Shown here one piece after another: positions 1 to 11,997 of a stretch of 64,000 nucleotides of DNA. The notes below the pieces were generated by a model. It had not been told where the DNA came from. It worked only from the letters and a program-made list of their open reading frames with translations, and ran no database searches. Made by a program: the position numbers and the translations under genes. Numbering within the stretch: position 1 is the first letter of the stretch; every line of letters starts with the position of its first letter. Source of the DNA: Eledone cirrhosa. Taxonomy: Eukaryota. The stretch lies in contig OZ024749.1 in NCBI GenBank assembly GCA_964016885.1, positions 25,110,001-25,174,000 on the forward strand, in the 5' to 3' direction.

Positions 1-45
1 CTGTTTCGAAAATATTCTTACTTCATATATATATATATATATATG

Positions 46-158
46 GAAAATGATTAACCCCGACGGCAGAGCTCAAGCCGTTTCAACGACTATTACCCAC
101 TCTACTACCCTAAGTATTGAGTACACTGGTTCGATATGGTCCATCTACTCCTTCATTA
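46..158 (+). mobile_element. Internally deleted copy of the hairpin 'half-hammerhead' non-autonomous element (family H)
   Basis: ccccgacggcagagctcaagccgtttc is followed directly by tattacccactctactaccctaagtattgagtac, matching the reverse complement of 395-473. The hairpin centre is missing. Left flank is (TA)n. Confidence 0.7.
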
Positions 159-363
159 AGTTTATTGGTTGGTAACGCGCGTTTCGCTACAGATCAGCTC
201 GATTCTGTAATCAATGTCTCGTCGGAACTCTGTGGTAGTAAAGAAAGAGTGAGCATTCGTACTTGTTTTATTATACACACTAACTCTATACCTCGATGCC
301 GACGTGAACCTAATCATCGAGTGCTCACCCGGGTGAAGCTCCAGTAACTCCGCGTTACAATCC

Positions 364-366
<3 letters not shown>
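159..366 (-). mobile_element. Probable PLE pLTR remnant with degenerate hammerhead
   Basis: Minus strand reads ...tacaga-atcgagctga-tctgtagc-GAAA-cgcgcg-TT-accaacc-AATAAA (palindromic stem III typical of minimal HHRs). The CUGANGA box is not intact. Confidence 0.4.
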
Positions 367-393
<27 letters not shown>

Positions 394-394
<1 letters not shown>

Positions 395-578
395 ACGAAG
401 GAAATGTGGTAAGGAACCAGGTGGACCATAACGCACCAAAGTACTCAACACTTAGGGTAGTAGAGTGGGTAATAGGAACCAGTAAGACCCCGACGGCTGA
501 GCTCAAGCCGTTTCGACGGCTAATTCTGGACTGAATTAGCCGTCGAAACGGTTTGAACTCAGCCGTCGGGGTCTTACT

Positions 579-580
<2 letters not shown>
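394..580 (-). mobile_element. Family H element with ~100-bp terminal hairpin (479-580) containing the 3' half of a hammerhead
   Basis: Arms ccagtaagaccccgacggctgagctcaagccgtttcgacggctaattc / gaattagccgtcgaaacggtttgaactcagccgtcggggtcttactgg with loop tggact. (TA)n on both sides. Homologues at 23146-23352 and 43681-43850. Confidence 0.85.
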
Positions 581-612
<32 letters not shown>

Positions 613-795
613 TAATTTAATATATCTACTAACATAAGCGCACAGATGTACGCTAATGGCAGCAAATACACAGGTTATGTCATAGTACCTAGGTGGTTCA
701 ATGCAGGAGGATGCAGAACAATAATATAAAAGACGTAAAATAAGAACTTTTTTTAAAAAAATGTTAAAGAATTAACTCACTTACTTAAATTTTCA

Positions 796-875
796 CTCCA
801 ACTAATTAGTTTCTGCAATGGGATAAAGACAGTTACGTAATGAACCGTTGAGAATTTCATTGCGTCATCAGGGAG
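796..875 (-). ncRNA. Type I hammerhead ribozyme (inverted copy)
   Basis: Reverse complement of the 1422-1501 motif. Confidence 0.8.
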
Positions 876-1421
876 GTCTATTCTCAGCCAAGTCTCCAGG
901 CAATGCGCGGAAACTGGGGACTCATATAAAAATAATAATAATTCGGTAAATGGAACAGCTATCGAGGACTGGATTCCAGGCACTGAAAATGTTCACTGCC
1001 ACTGGTCAAATGGCCGATTCTAAAGAATCAATCACGTGACACAGAGGCTAGTCAGTAGGAATGGGATGGTAAGATGGTTTGCTGGCATTAGCGTACATCT
1101 GTGCGCTTATGTTAGTAGATATATTAAATTATCTATATTTATCTCCATATCACTGATTTGTCGAGCAAACCTGCCAAAACCACTACTAAATTGTTTTGGG
1201 GGGTGTTAGTAGGCGTCTGTCATCTTACCACCCCATTCCTACTGACTAGCCTCTGTGTCACGTGATTGATTCTTTAGAATCGGCCATTTGACCAGTGGCA
1301 GTGAGAATTGTCAGTGCCTGGAATCCAGTCCTCGATAGCTGTTCCATTTACCGAATTATTATTATTTTTATATGAGACCCCAGTGTCCGCGCATTGCACG
1401 GAGACCTGGCTGAGAATAGAC

Positions 1422-1501
1422 CTCCCTGATGACGCAATGAAATTCTCAACAGTTCATTACGTAACTGTCTTTATCTCATTGCAGAAACTAATTAGTTGGA
1501 G
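1422..1501 (+). ncRNA. Type I hammerhead ribozyme with palindromic stem III
   Basis: ctcc-CTGATGA-c-gcaatga...tcattgc-a-GAAA-ctaattag-TT-ggag. Stem I ctcc/ggag; aactaattagtt is self-complementary. Confidence 0.85.
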
Positions 1502-1970
1502 TGAAAATTTAAGTAAGTTAATTCTTTAAAATTTTTTTTAAAAATTTTCTTATTTTACGTCTTTTATATTATTGTTCTGCATCCTCCTGCATTGAACCAC
1601 CTAGGTACTATGATATAACCTGTGTATTTGCTGGAATTAGCGTACATCTGTGCGCTTATGTTAGTAGATATATTAAATGATCTATATTTATCTCCAAATC
1701 ACTGATTTGTCGAGCAAACCTGCCAAAACCACTACTAAATTTTTTTGGGGGGTGTTAGTAGGCGTCTGTCATCTTACCATCCCATTCCTACTAACTAGCC
1801 TCTGTGTCACGTGATTGATTCTTTAGAATCGGCCATTTGACCAGTGGCAGTGAGAATTTTCAGTGCCTGGAATCCAGTCCTCGATAGCTGTTCCATTTAC
1901 CGAATTATTATTATTTTTATATGAGTCCCCAGTGTCCGCGCATTGCCTGGAGACTTGGCTGAGAATAGAC

Positions 1971-2050
1971 CTCCCTGATGACGCAATGAAATTCTCAACA
2001 GTTCATTACGTAACTGTCTTTATTCCATTGCAGAAACTAGTTAGTTGGAG
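1971..2050 (+). ncRNA. Type I hammerhead ribozyme (second tandem unit)
   Basis: Same motif 549 nt downstream, with a few substitutions. Confidence 0.8.
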
Positions 2051-2112
2051 TGAAAATTTAAGTAAGTAAGTTAATTCTTTAAAATTTTTTTTAAAAATTT
2101 TCTCATTTTACG

Positions 2113-2178
<66 letters not shown>

Positions 2179-2535
2179 CATACCTATATATTTAAATGAT
2201 GGTCGGTCTAATCTCAATGTATCATCCATTCAGTCCATCTGCTAGTTTACACGGATCCTGCTTTAATTAACTTTGCGAATAAATTACTACCATTTATCTA
2301 ATCTCAACAAGTATTGCCCTGGTTACTACTTTCCTTCCTCGCCTCCTTCATATACACACAGTCCTTCCTGTTGACTCTCATTTATATTCAGACCTTGCTG
2401 AAATGCTCACAGCTTTAATCATTGTACCAACTGAAATATATTAGAGAATTAATCTCTTAAGCCATAGAAACATGTTAGTATAGAATATAAATAGAATACT
2501 ACTGTTACTGTCGAGCGCATATCTTCCTCTCTCTC

Positions 2536-2597
<62 letters not shown>

Positions 2598-2653
2598 TGG
2601 GGATGCATGTATGTGTATGTATATATGTGTGTGTGTCTGAAGGAAAGATATAG

Positions 2654-2711
<58 letters not shown>

Positions 2712-2965
2712 GTATATGTATCTATATATTCACACACACAAACACACGTACATATATACTTACACATACATACATGCTCAGACCCACGCACTTACACAGG
2801 CACATGCGTTCGCTCTAATTTATTCCATCGTTCTTCGTCTCAATTCGGCTCTCCACTATACATCTGTTAAGCAAACCACCCTTGCTTTTGTCTCGCTAAC
2901 TATCTTTCCTCTGTGTGGATGTATCACACACACACACGCACACACATTCACACACACACACTGTT

Positions 2966-3043
<78 letters not shown>

Positions 3044-3635
3044 AATCTGCCTCTCTCTCAATCCAAAAGAGCTTTCGTCTGGCTTTTTGCTCACAATATA
3101 ATTTTTCTTTACTCTCTCTACGCCAAATATACACAAAAAACCACTGCACAAATGGATATAAAAACGGCCAACATACACGCTTAATATACATACGTTCACA
3201 AACATGTGTATATATAATATATATATATTTATATGCGTGTGTGTGTTTATGTGTGAGTGTGTGTGTGAGATCGATAATCAATAAACACATCCATGTGAAT
3301 CTTCGTCATTTTAAAATCAACATATACATATATACATATATGTGTGTGTATGGGAGTGTGTATATGAGTGGGTGGCTGTGTGTGTGTGTGTGAGTGTTTG
3401 TATGAGTGTGTGTTTGTGTATAAGTATATAATGTATTTGACCCATAGCAAACGTTGAAAATAATAATCGATCACTATAAATAGTAATTGTGGAAAATGAT
3501 GTTTTTTCTATCTCTATCTATCTATTCATCTATCTGTCTATCGATATCCCTTCCTCCCCCTCTCCCTCAGTGTATAAATATGTATGTGTGTGGGTATGTG
3601 TGGGTGGGTGTATGTATGTGTGTGTGTGTGTGTAT

Positions 3636-3851
3636 CCCGGGTTCAATCGGTGGTAACTAAATTAAGTAAGGTATTCAATACATAGTAGACTATAAATATT
3701 TAATATAGAAATGGCTTCTACAGGACTAGAAATGTTTCATTCAAAGGAAATCATTAGGACATCAGTACAATTGATTGACAGTCGGCTTTCCTGATGATTT
3801 CCGTCGAATGAAACAGTTCTAGTCCTGTAGAAGCCATTTCTGTATTAAATA
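3636..3851. mobile_element. Fold-back element (arms 3697-3759 / 3789-3851) with hammerhead-like core
   Basis: 63-bp inverted arms, 29-nt spacer. Right arm reads CTGATGA-tttccgtcgaat-GAAA-cagttcta-GTC with weak stem pairing. Flanked by microsatellite. Confidence 0.6.
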
Positions 3852-3869
3852 CATATATACATACATGTG

Positions 3870-3942
<73 letters not shown>

Positions 3943-4041
3943 ATATATTATATATATAATATATATATATATATGTATATATTATATATATATATATTAT
4001 ATATATATATATTATATATATATATATTCACATACATGTAT

Positions 4042-4076
<35 letters not shown>

Positions 4077-4111
4077 TCACATACATATATTATATATATA
4101 TATATATATAC

Positions 4112-4678
4112 ATATTGTTATACTTTGGGAGGGTCATGTTGCCAATAAGAAACACACGCACCAGTTGCTTTCACTTCAATTTAATTTAATATATATTTAT
4201 AAATTTACAAATTTATAAATTTCTGGTTGGTTGGTTGGTTCCACAACCAGATAGTTGTTTATATATATATAGTCATAGTTCTTTCGTCACACACTCTGTG
4301 ACCTCTTCAGTGACTGGGGATTTCTTTCTTCGTTTCTGTGCCTTTCCTTTCTTCTATCCTACGCCAAAATGGCGTAGGATAGAAGAAAGGAAAGGCACAG
4401 AAACGAAGAAAGAAATCCCCAGTCACTGAAGAGGTCACAGAGTGTGTGACGAAAGAACTATGACTATATATATATAAACAACTATCTGGTTGTGGAACCA
4501 ACCAACCAACCAGAAATTTATAAATTTGTAAATTTATAAATATATATTAAATTAAATTGAAGTGAAAGCAACTGGTGCGTGTGTTTCTTATTGGCAACAT
4601 GACCCTCCCAAAGTATAACAATATCGGTTTCAACACACGATTTCAGATAAAGAATCTTGCTAAACAAATTCAGAAACG

Positions 4679-4680
<2 letters not shown>
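4112..4680. mobile_element. Head-to-head solo pLTR palindrome of PLE family 1 (centre 4368) plus 3' tail on right arm only
   Basis: Apparently perfect ~255-bp arms (4112-4366 / 4370-4624), homologous to 8124-8430 and 11645-11897. Embedded in (TA)n. Confidence 0.9.
4421..4465 (+). ncRNA. Minimal hammerhead ribozyme in PLE-1 pLTR (mirror copy at 4271-4315, minus)
   Basis: agtca-CTGAAGA-g-gtcaca-gagtg-tgtgac-GAAA-gaac-TA-tgact. Confidence 0.85.
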
Positions 4681-4741
<61 letters not shown>

Positions 4742-4817
4742 ATTATATATATATATTATATATATATATATTATATATATATATATTATATATATATATA
4801 CACACATAAATATATAT

Positions 4818-4888
<71 letters not shown>

Positions 4889-5049
4889 TATATATATACA
4901 TATATATGTATGTATATATATATATGTATATATGTGTGTGTATACATTCATATTTATATTGTTTGATTATATATATAAAACAAGATTTCTAGATAGATTC
5001 ACTAATATAGCAATATTATCGTTAGATAATGTTGTAATTCTAAGTGCGG

Positions 5050-5750
5050 CCATTGCAGTCCAATAGGAGAACACTGATTCCAACCGGGGCGAGGGACTGT
5101 AAGATCTAAGTGAACATAGCGACTTAAAAATGAGAACATATCACTTCACAGAAACAGTAATAATTCATATGCATCAAATGTAAACATGCTTTCTTTAATT
5201 ATTCAGCAATACATAATGTTTCTTTATATAGAGAAATTGTTGCTGAACAAGATTCTGAGAAGAGGATGGAAAGATCGTTCTTTTTTTAGTCACCATCATA
5301 ATAGCACATTTCCTATCAAATTACCGTGTTGATAATTATGTGTGTTGTTTCTAAATTTGTTGCACGACCGATATTGCTTAAGGCACAGTACGACTCCATG
5401 TTGCCTTTGAATAGTGTTTTTGTAATGTTTAGATAAACAACTTTGAATGAACAGAGAACAATGAAGACATACATATCAAACGTTGCTTGTTGACAGCTCA
5501 TAGATTGTTACCATGGATATGTACCTTAGCCATATTTATACTGTAAATATTGGAAGATATGGCAACAGAAGAACATGTTCTAATTTTAATTGACTAATTT
5601 GATGTTTATCTTCTTTGTTTCGTCGGCCATAGCCGCATGTATTCGCTATCTTTTTCTCCCGGTCATTACCCAAAATACCATAGATGAATGTAGGCGTACA
5701 CACTGAAACGAAGATAGCGTGTTTGTCTTTTACATCTACCTCTATTCTTC
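5050..5750 (-). pseudogene. Possible highly decayed LINE (EN/RT) fragments
   Basis: Only short resemblances, e.g. CGYGRRNKE similar to the APE-domain GYGERNEEG. Many stops. Confidence 0.2.
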
Positions 5751-5897
5751 TACAGAACGGGTGCTGAAGATGGCGTATTACTGTGCTGACTAGAATTATT
5801 GTTGCGTTTATTCTAACCTCCTAACTTCCATCCCTCCTGAAAACGGTCCCGAGATATTAGACCTTCTTCATTTGCCTCAGTGTAACACAACTTACAT

Positions 5898-6170
5898 GCA
5901 GTGTGCACTGAGCAGCTATTCTGGAGAGGACGAGAGTCTCAGTCCTCGGCCTGGAAAACTATCCAAGACACACCCTAAATGCAGTTTACACCGAATAAAC
6001 ATTCTTGAGAAGACGATAGTCTCAAGAATCGGGTTCCAAATCTATCCAGTACACCACCCTCATAGAGTGGGAATTGAGTAAAGATTCTTGAGAGGATGAG
6101 TGTCTCAGTTTTCAGCGTGTAAAACTACCCAGTCCAGCACCCTTTTGCAGTGTACACTAAGTAGACATTA
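5898..6170 (+). repeat. Diverged 83-bp tandem repeat (~3.3 copies)
   Basis: gcagt at 5898, 5981 and 6147. Recurrent attct(t/g)gaga(g/a)ga.ga..gtctca and accc blocks. Confidence 0.7.
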
Positions 6171-6279
6171 CAAAACTACGCAACACGTGTCGAAGAATAT
6201 CTTTCGGAGCTTTAGGTGCTAATATGCCATGTCGTTTGCAAATTATATTCCAGTGATTCTATATTCACTGGATTTGATA

Positions 6280-6600
6280 TACCTTCCAACATAGCTGCGC
6301 ATTTCAATACTGGTCTTGAAACGGGAAAGTATGCACCATTAGCGAAGTCCGACACCCACATCTAAACTTTCCAAATTAATAACATTTAACACAGGCATAT
6401 GAAACGTTTTTTTCGAACAGTGGACCACGGAGGATGTGATCTTCATAAGGCGGACCGCACAAATAAATCCTGCAATGCAATTCATTAAACTTGGCCTGCC
6501 AATCAGAAAGCCAAATGGGCCGCAGTTTGCCAATTCTTCTCTGATCAATTGTAGCATAACAGAATTGTTAGGGCATCCGTATAGGAATTTCAAGGAACCA
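6280..6600 (-). pseudogene. Decayed non-LTR RT fragment (CR1/Jockey-like)
   Basis: FGFLIGRPSLMNC...SKKTFH...NLESLDVG resembles QxGFxxGRSxxxN...DFxKAFD...KLxxxGV. Confidence 0.3.
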
Positions 6601-6923
6601 AGAAGCCGTCAGACGATCCTATACTACTGCACAGACTTCTACATATTGCTGGTTTTGAGTATACTTTAGTAATCATTAATGTTTTTATATTACATATACA
6701 TACACTTTTCCTTCTGGTACTAGTTTTCCGCTATTAATCTATAGTAATCTTAACATTTGATTGGATAGCATTTTTGTAGCATATCTTTGTATTATACGCA
6801 CATTATTTATATATATGTATATGTATGTATATACATGTTCGTATGCATATACATATGCATAGACACAAACACACACAGACACACACACACACATACACAC
6901 ACATACACACACACATATATATA

Positions 6924-7004
<81 letters not shown>

Positions 7005-7387
7005 GTGTGTGTTTGTGATATATACGTGGGAGAAGTATGCATATTGTGACTGGAGGAGTAAAATTTATTCATTGGATAGTTAAGATGGCATATCAAGTTA
7101 ATCTCCTAGCCTTTTACAGTGAATTTTGTTTTAAAAGAAAAAAAAAACAGATATGAGATCTTTTTGGTTTTTATCATTTTTTAGGCTAAATTATTTGCAT
7201 TTTTTCTCCCATATTCCTTTAGTATGAACAGTTTTCTCATTTATTATTATACTCATTCTCGGGAAATCAGTTCTCTCTTCACTCCCTCTCTCTTTCTTCT
7301 TCTCTTTCTCCCTCTTTTTCTCTCTTTCGCTCTTTCTCTCTCAGTACGTATACTCTCGAATACTCCTCTGTTAATGTACGTCTCTTT

Positions 7388-7447
<60 letters not shown>

Positions 7448-7486
7448 GTCTGCATATTTCCCTTTCGTACTGTTCGCTCTCTAACA

Positions 7487-7572
<86 letters not shown>

Positions 7573-8043
7573 ATAGAGAGGCAAATATATATATATATAT
7601 ATATATATTTGGCTCTAATTCTTCCTCTCTTTCTATCGATCCATTCATCATTCTCTCCCTCCCTTTTTACCTCCCCATCTTTCTCGCCCTTCCCCTTCCC
7701 CTCCACCTCTCTCTCTCCCTCTCCCCTCCACATTTCTCTGTTTCACTCTCTCAAACTCCTTCATCAGTGTTTTCTGAGTTTGTTTCACTGTTTTTACTTT
7801 TGATTCTATTTTCTATTTTTTTTTTCATTTTCTTTCCTGTTATTATTAATGTTTTGTTAAGCATTCCTCTGTATTAATCAGAGGATATATTATGTAGAGT
7901 GTAGACTGACAGCAAATTAAACAGTCTCTTTAAACAACGGCAGCTCGGAAATTAATCTCTTCACGTGAAACTATGTAACTGAAATCTTCATCGCAACACA
8001 CACATATATATATATATAGATAGATGGATATAGATATATACAT

Positions 8044-8106
<63 letters not shown>

Positions 8107-8331
8107 TATATATATATATATATTTCGTTTCTGAATTTGTTTAGCAAGATTCTTTATCTGAAAACGTGTGTTGAAACCGATATTGTTATACTTTGGGAGG
8201 GTCATGTTGCCAATAAGAAACACACGCACCAGTTTTTCAATTCAATTTATAATAATAAATTTATAAATTTAGGAATTTATAAATTTCTGGTTGGTTGGTT
8301 GGTTCCACAACCAGATAGTTGTTTATATATT

Positions 8332-8375
8332 GTCAAAGTTCTTTCGTCACACATTCTGTGACCTCTTCAGTGACT
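8332..8375 (-). ncRNA. Minimal hammerhead in PLE-1 pLTR (other copies: 11701-11744 plus with GAAA>AAAA; 12151-12194 minus)
   Basis: gtca-CTGAAGA-g-gtcacagaatgtgtgac-GAAA-gaac-TT-tgac. Confidence 0.8.
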
Positions 8376-8575
8376 GGGGATTCTTTTCTTTTTTTTTGTG
8401 CCTCTCCTTTGTTCTGTCCTACGCCATTTTGTTTCTGTGTGTGCGTTGTGTGCTCAGTCTGCGCATGCGCCACATCCGGGTGTCTGTGTGTGTTTACATT
8501 CGTTTATTTATTTGTTTATTTACATGTTACCGGTTGGTTGTTTGTTCTATGTGCGTGTGTGTTTTCATTTTGTCC

Positions 8576-11087
8576 TTAATTGTAAGTTGTGGTGTTGCTG
8601 TTCCACTCATGTTTTCTATTTAATTTTGGTTGTAATTCTTTTATGTTTATTGCCGCTGTGATTTGTCTAAACATTGCGTCTTTTCTGTGTGTAGATTCTA
8701 TTTTTATTTCTATGTTCTCTAATTTACCCTTATGTACTATTTTAGCATGTTGGTAGAGTACAGATGATTCTTTACTATCTTGAAGGTCTCGCCAGTGTTC
8801 ATTTATCCGTTCCCCTACACTACGAGCTGTCTCAACTATGTACACTGTATTTTTGTCTCTACATTGTCCTTCAGTCCATCTTATGCTATAGACTACATTA
8901 CTAGTTTTACAGTTAATATGGGGGCTTATTTTACAAGTTATACATTTCTTATCTATTCAGGGGGGGGGGGGTCTTTGAAAAGGGTATGTCTTGCCAATAA
9001 GTGTTTTTACTGGTCTTTCTACTATCTTAATATTGAGTTTATGTTTATCTAGGGCCCTTATAAATTTGTAAGATAATTCACCTCTAGGGGTTGTATCGAT
9101 GAACATTACACTCTGGTCTTTATTGCTATCATTCCATGAGTTTATTCTATTAGTCTTATTCCTAGTTCTTTCTATTCTATTCCAAAATTTGCTCCTATAC
9201 AAGGGGCAGGTCCCATTTGCGTCATTATTTACTATTTTTTCCCATTTGGTTCTGGCTCCTCTATACACTCTGATTTTATCTCTCTGATTGTAACCAGAGA
9301 ACTGCATACGGTGGATGAAGTGTTGTATGTGTCTCTCTAGTTCTTCGGGGTTGCACATGCGAGACACGTTTCTCATCACCCGTACCAAATCCGCAATCAG
9401 TATGTTGATTTTGGTATGGTCCGAAACAGCTGAGTTTCGGTGGATCAGATGTTTGGAAGTCATGGGTTTGGCATAATGGGAATGGAGGATGTGTTTTTTG
9501 TTATTAATGGTATCTAACCAGAGCTATGTGTCTAGTACAGGTAATCGATGGTTGGGGTGTTTATTTGGGTAGTCTATAGTAACTCTAATACTCTGCTGGA
9601 TGGAGTTAGCTATTTGCTGGATGCTTTCCATTGTGTTTTTCTCTAGTTCCTGACTGTTCTCTAGCGGGGGTGTCTTAACTACGATGTTTATATCATCAAC
9701 GTAGCGGGAGTACATTATCAGGGTTAAGGGGCCTTCTAATTGTTCTTTAAGTTTAAGTTTAAGTCTACTGTCCCACCATACCATGAATAAGTTAGCTATG
9801 TCGCCTGCAATGCTAACACCAATGGCTGCTCCTTCCTCTTGGGCATATGTTTTTCCATTAAATTTGAACATATGTTCCTTAAGGGTTAGTTTTATGCTGG
9901 CCCCTACCGCATGTGCAATTATTTTCTTCAGTTAATCGTGGTTTTCGGGTGTCCGTATGGCTCTGGTCCACCCGTTCCATCTATCTGTGTGGGTTTTCTT
10001 GGTGATTGAGGTAATGGTAGGTGGTCTGCCTCTTGCTGGTCTTGTAGGGCACAGGTTGCTAATGTCATATGCGTCTAGGTAATTATTACTATAGGTAAGT
10101 TTAAGTAGGACTCCCAGCTCACAGGTATCAATCCCACGGAACTCAACATTGCTCTCACTGATCATTTCTACGCATTTCTCCAATGCAAAATCCACATCAA
10201 TAGATGGATACAGGGACACAACATCCATACTACCTATTATGCAGTTTGTTAGGTCCCTAGATCGGTTACTCCCGCCAATTCTGCTGAGGAGGTCCTCCGT
10301 GCTGTCACATACATCTGGGGACATTTCAATGATGTGGCGTATGATCAGGGAGAGGAAGTAGGACAGCCTGTAGTTACTAGCAATGTTAGCTCCACAGAAT
10401 GGCCGTGTTGGTGGTCCCGTGACAGGGTCACTGCCCGTTTTATTGTCTTTTCGAAGCCCATACAACGCCGACACGTCATTGTTCCAGGCCTGGAAGTTGT
10501 TGGCAGTCCTTTTGTTGGGCTGCATTATATTGGTCCACATCACCATATGGGCATTGAGGGTTTTTTCTCTATCCTCATGCTCCTGTGGTGTTACCTATCT
10601 TGTGTTAGTGATGTGGGGTTGCATTTGCTGGATGTAGTTTGGCAGGCTGTCAACCGACATTCTGCTAGACTTGTCTGTTGGAAAGCATGCTATCTCTCCA
10701 TTACGCGAGCGCTGCATGAGCTTACGCAAGCCATTTTCAGATTTTTCGTCCAGTTGCTGGGCCTCCATTCTATTATGCTTCTTGCTATACTGTTCTATAA
10801 TATTTCTAAGTTCGGATCTAGCTATACTAAATTGTGCTTATGTTTGTTCATCGACCTGCGACGGCAATTGCGTGCGTTTGTTAAATGGTAAAGTCGTGGC
10901 ATGACTCGTCGCAGGTCGAACGACTTATCGGAAGGATTATAAAAAGTAGGGTTCCAGGCTGCTGCTTTATGTGTACTAATGCTATTGTTGTTGTTAGTTG
11001 TGTTGTTTCTATTTCTATTTCCACCAACAGCCTCATGGTTGTTTCTATGTCTCTCATTACTCCTGTCTCTTTCCACGATAATGACAG
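8576..11087 (-). pseudogene. PLE RT + GIY-YIG endonuclease polyprotein, disrupted by stops and frameshifts
   Basis: Motifs TDKS, LYGLRKD, SMDVVSLYPSI, QEEGAAIG, YSRYVDD, LPVLD, Cys linker, VVYSIR, YI(V/G)ETARSVGERINEH. Confidence 0.92.
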
Positions 11088-11500
11088 TTATTAGCAAGAC
11101 ATACCCTTTTCAAAGACCCCCCCCCCCCCCCTGTATAGATAAAAAATGTATAACCTGTAAAATAAGCCCCCATATTAACTGTAAAACTAGTAATGTAGTC
11201 TATAGCATAAGATGTACTGAAGGACAATGTAGAGACAAAAATATAGTGTACATAGGTGAGACAGATCGTAGTGTAGGGGAACGGATAAATGAACACTGGC
11301 GAGACCTTCAAGATAGTAAAGAATCATCTGTACTCTACCAACATGCTAAAATAGAACACAAGGGTAAATTAGAGAACATAGAAATAAAAATAGAATCTAC
11401 ACACAGAAAAGACGCAATGTTCAGACAAATCACAGAGGCAATAAACATAAAATTAAATAGAAAATATGAGTGGAACAGCAACATCACAACTTACAATTAA
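11088..11500 (+). pseudogene. Inverted duplicate of Cys linker + GIY-YIG domain of PLE-1
   Basis: CIDKKCITC...VVYSIRC...YIGETDRSVGERINEH...RQITEA. Confidence 0.9.
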
Positions 11501-11997
11501 GGACAAAATAAAAACACACACGCACATAGAACAAACAACCAACCGGTAACATGTAAATAAACAAATAAATAAACGAATATAAACACACACAGACACCCGG
11601 ATGTGGCGCATGCGCAGACTGAGCACACAACACACACACAGAAACAACATGGCGTAGGACAGAACAAAGGAGAGGCACAAAAACAAAGAAAAGAATCCCC
11701 AGTCACTGAAGAGGTCACATAATGTGTGACAAAAGAACTTTGACAATATAGAAACAACTATCTGGTTATGGAACCAACCAACCAACCAGAAATTTATAAA
11801 TTCCTAAATTTATAAATTTATTATAATAAATTGAAGTGAAAGCAACTGGTGTGTGTGTTTCTTATTGGCAACATGACCCTGCCAAACTATAACAATATAT
11901 ATATATTTATATATATATATGTATATATAAACTTATAGATATATGCGTGCGTATATATATGTATATAATTATATATATATATATATACATTTATATA

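Larger units (their letters stand above)
609..2118 (+). mobile_element. Non-coding 549-bp tandem unit (~1.9 copies, ~1076-2118) preceded by an inverted partial copy (609-~1075); retrozyme-like / non-autonomous PLE derivative
   Basis: ttagcgtacatctgtgcg occurs at 1088 and 1637 (period 549). 609-1075 is the reverse complement of the unit. One HHR per unit, (TA)n flanks. Confidence 0.85.
8124..11897 (-). mobile_element. Penelope-like element family 1 (Neptune-like), 5'-truncated, with inverted duplicate of its 3' end (11088-11897)
   Basis: RT and GIY-YIG ORF remnants on minus, pLTR with HHR at 8124-8450, arms 8180-9000 / 11088-11897, (TA)n both sides. Confidence 0.92.

Noticed and set aside
340-366. 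Twister-like taactccgc motif
   Set aside because: Remaining twister elements are absent; it is only a small gtaac/gttac hairpin.
1308-1529. 68-73-aa ORF repeated three times (777-983, 1308-1529, 1863-2069)
   Set aside because: Non-ATG starts, overlaps the hammerhead, and its recurrence is explained by repeat duplication.
2200-2280. Faint resemblance to antisense 5S rRNA
   Set aside because: Too few matching positions to support.
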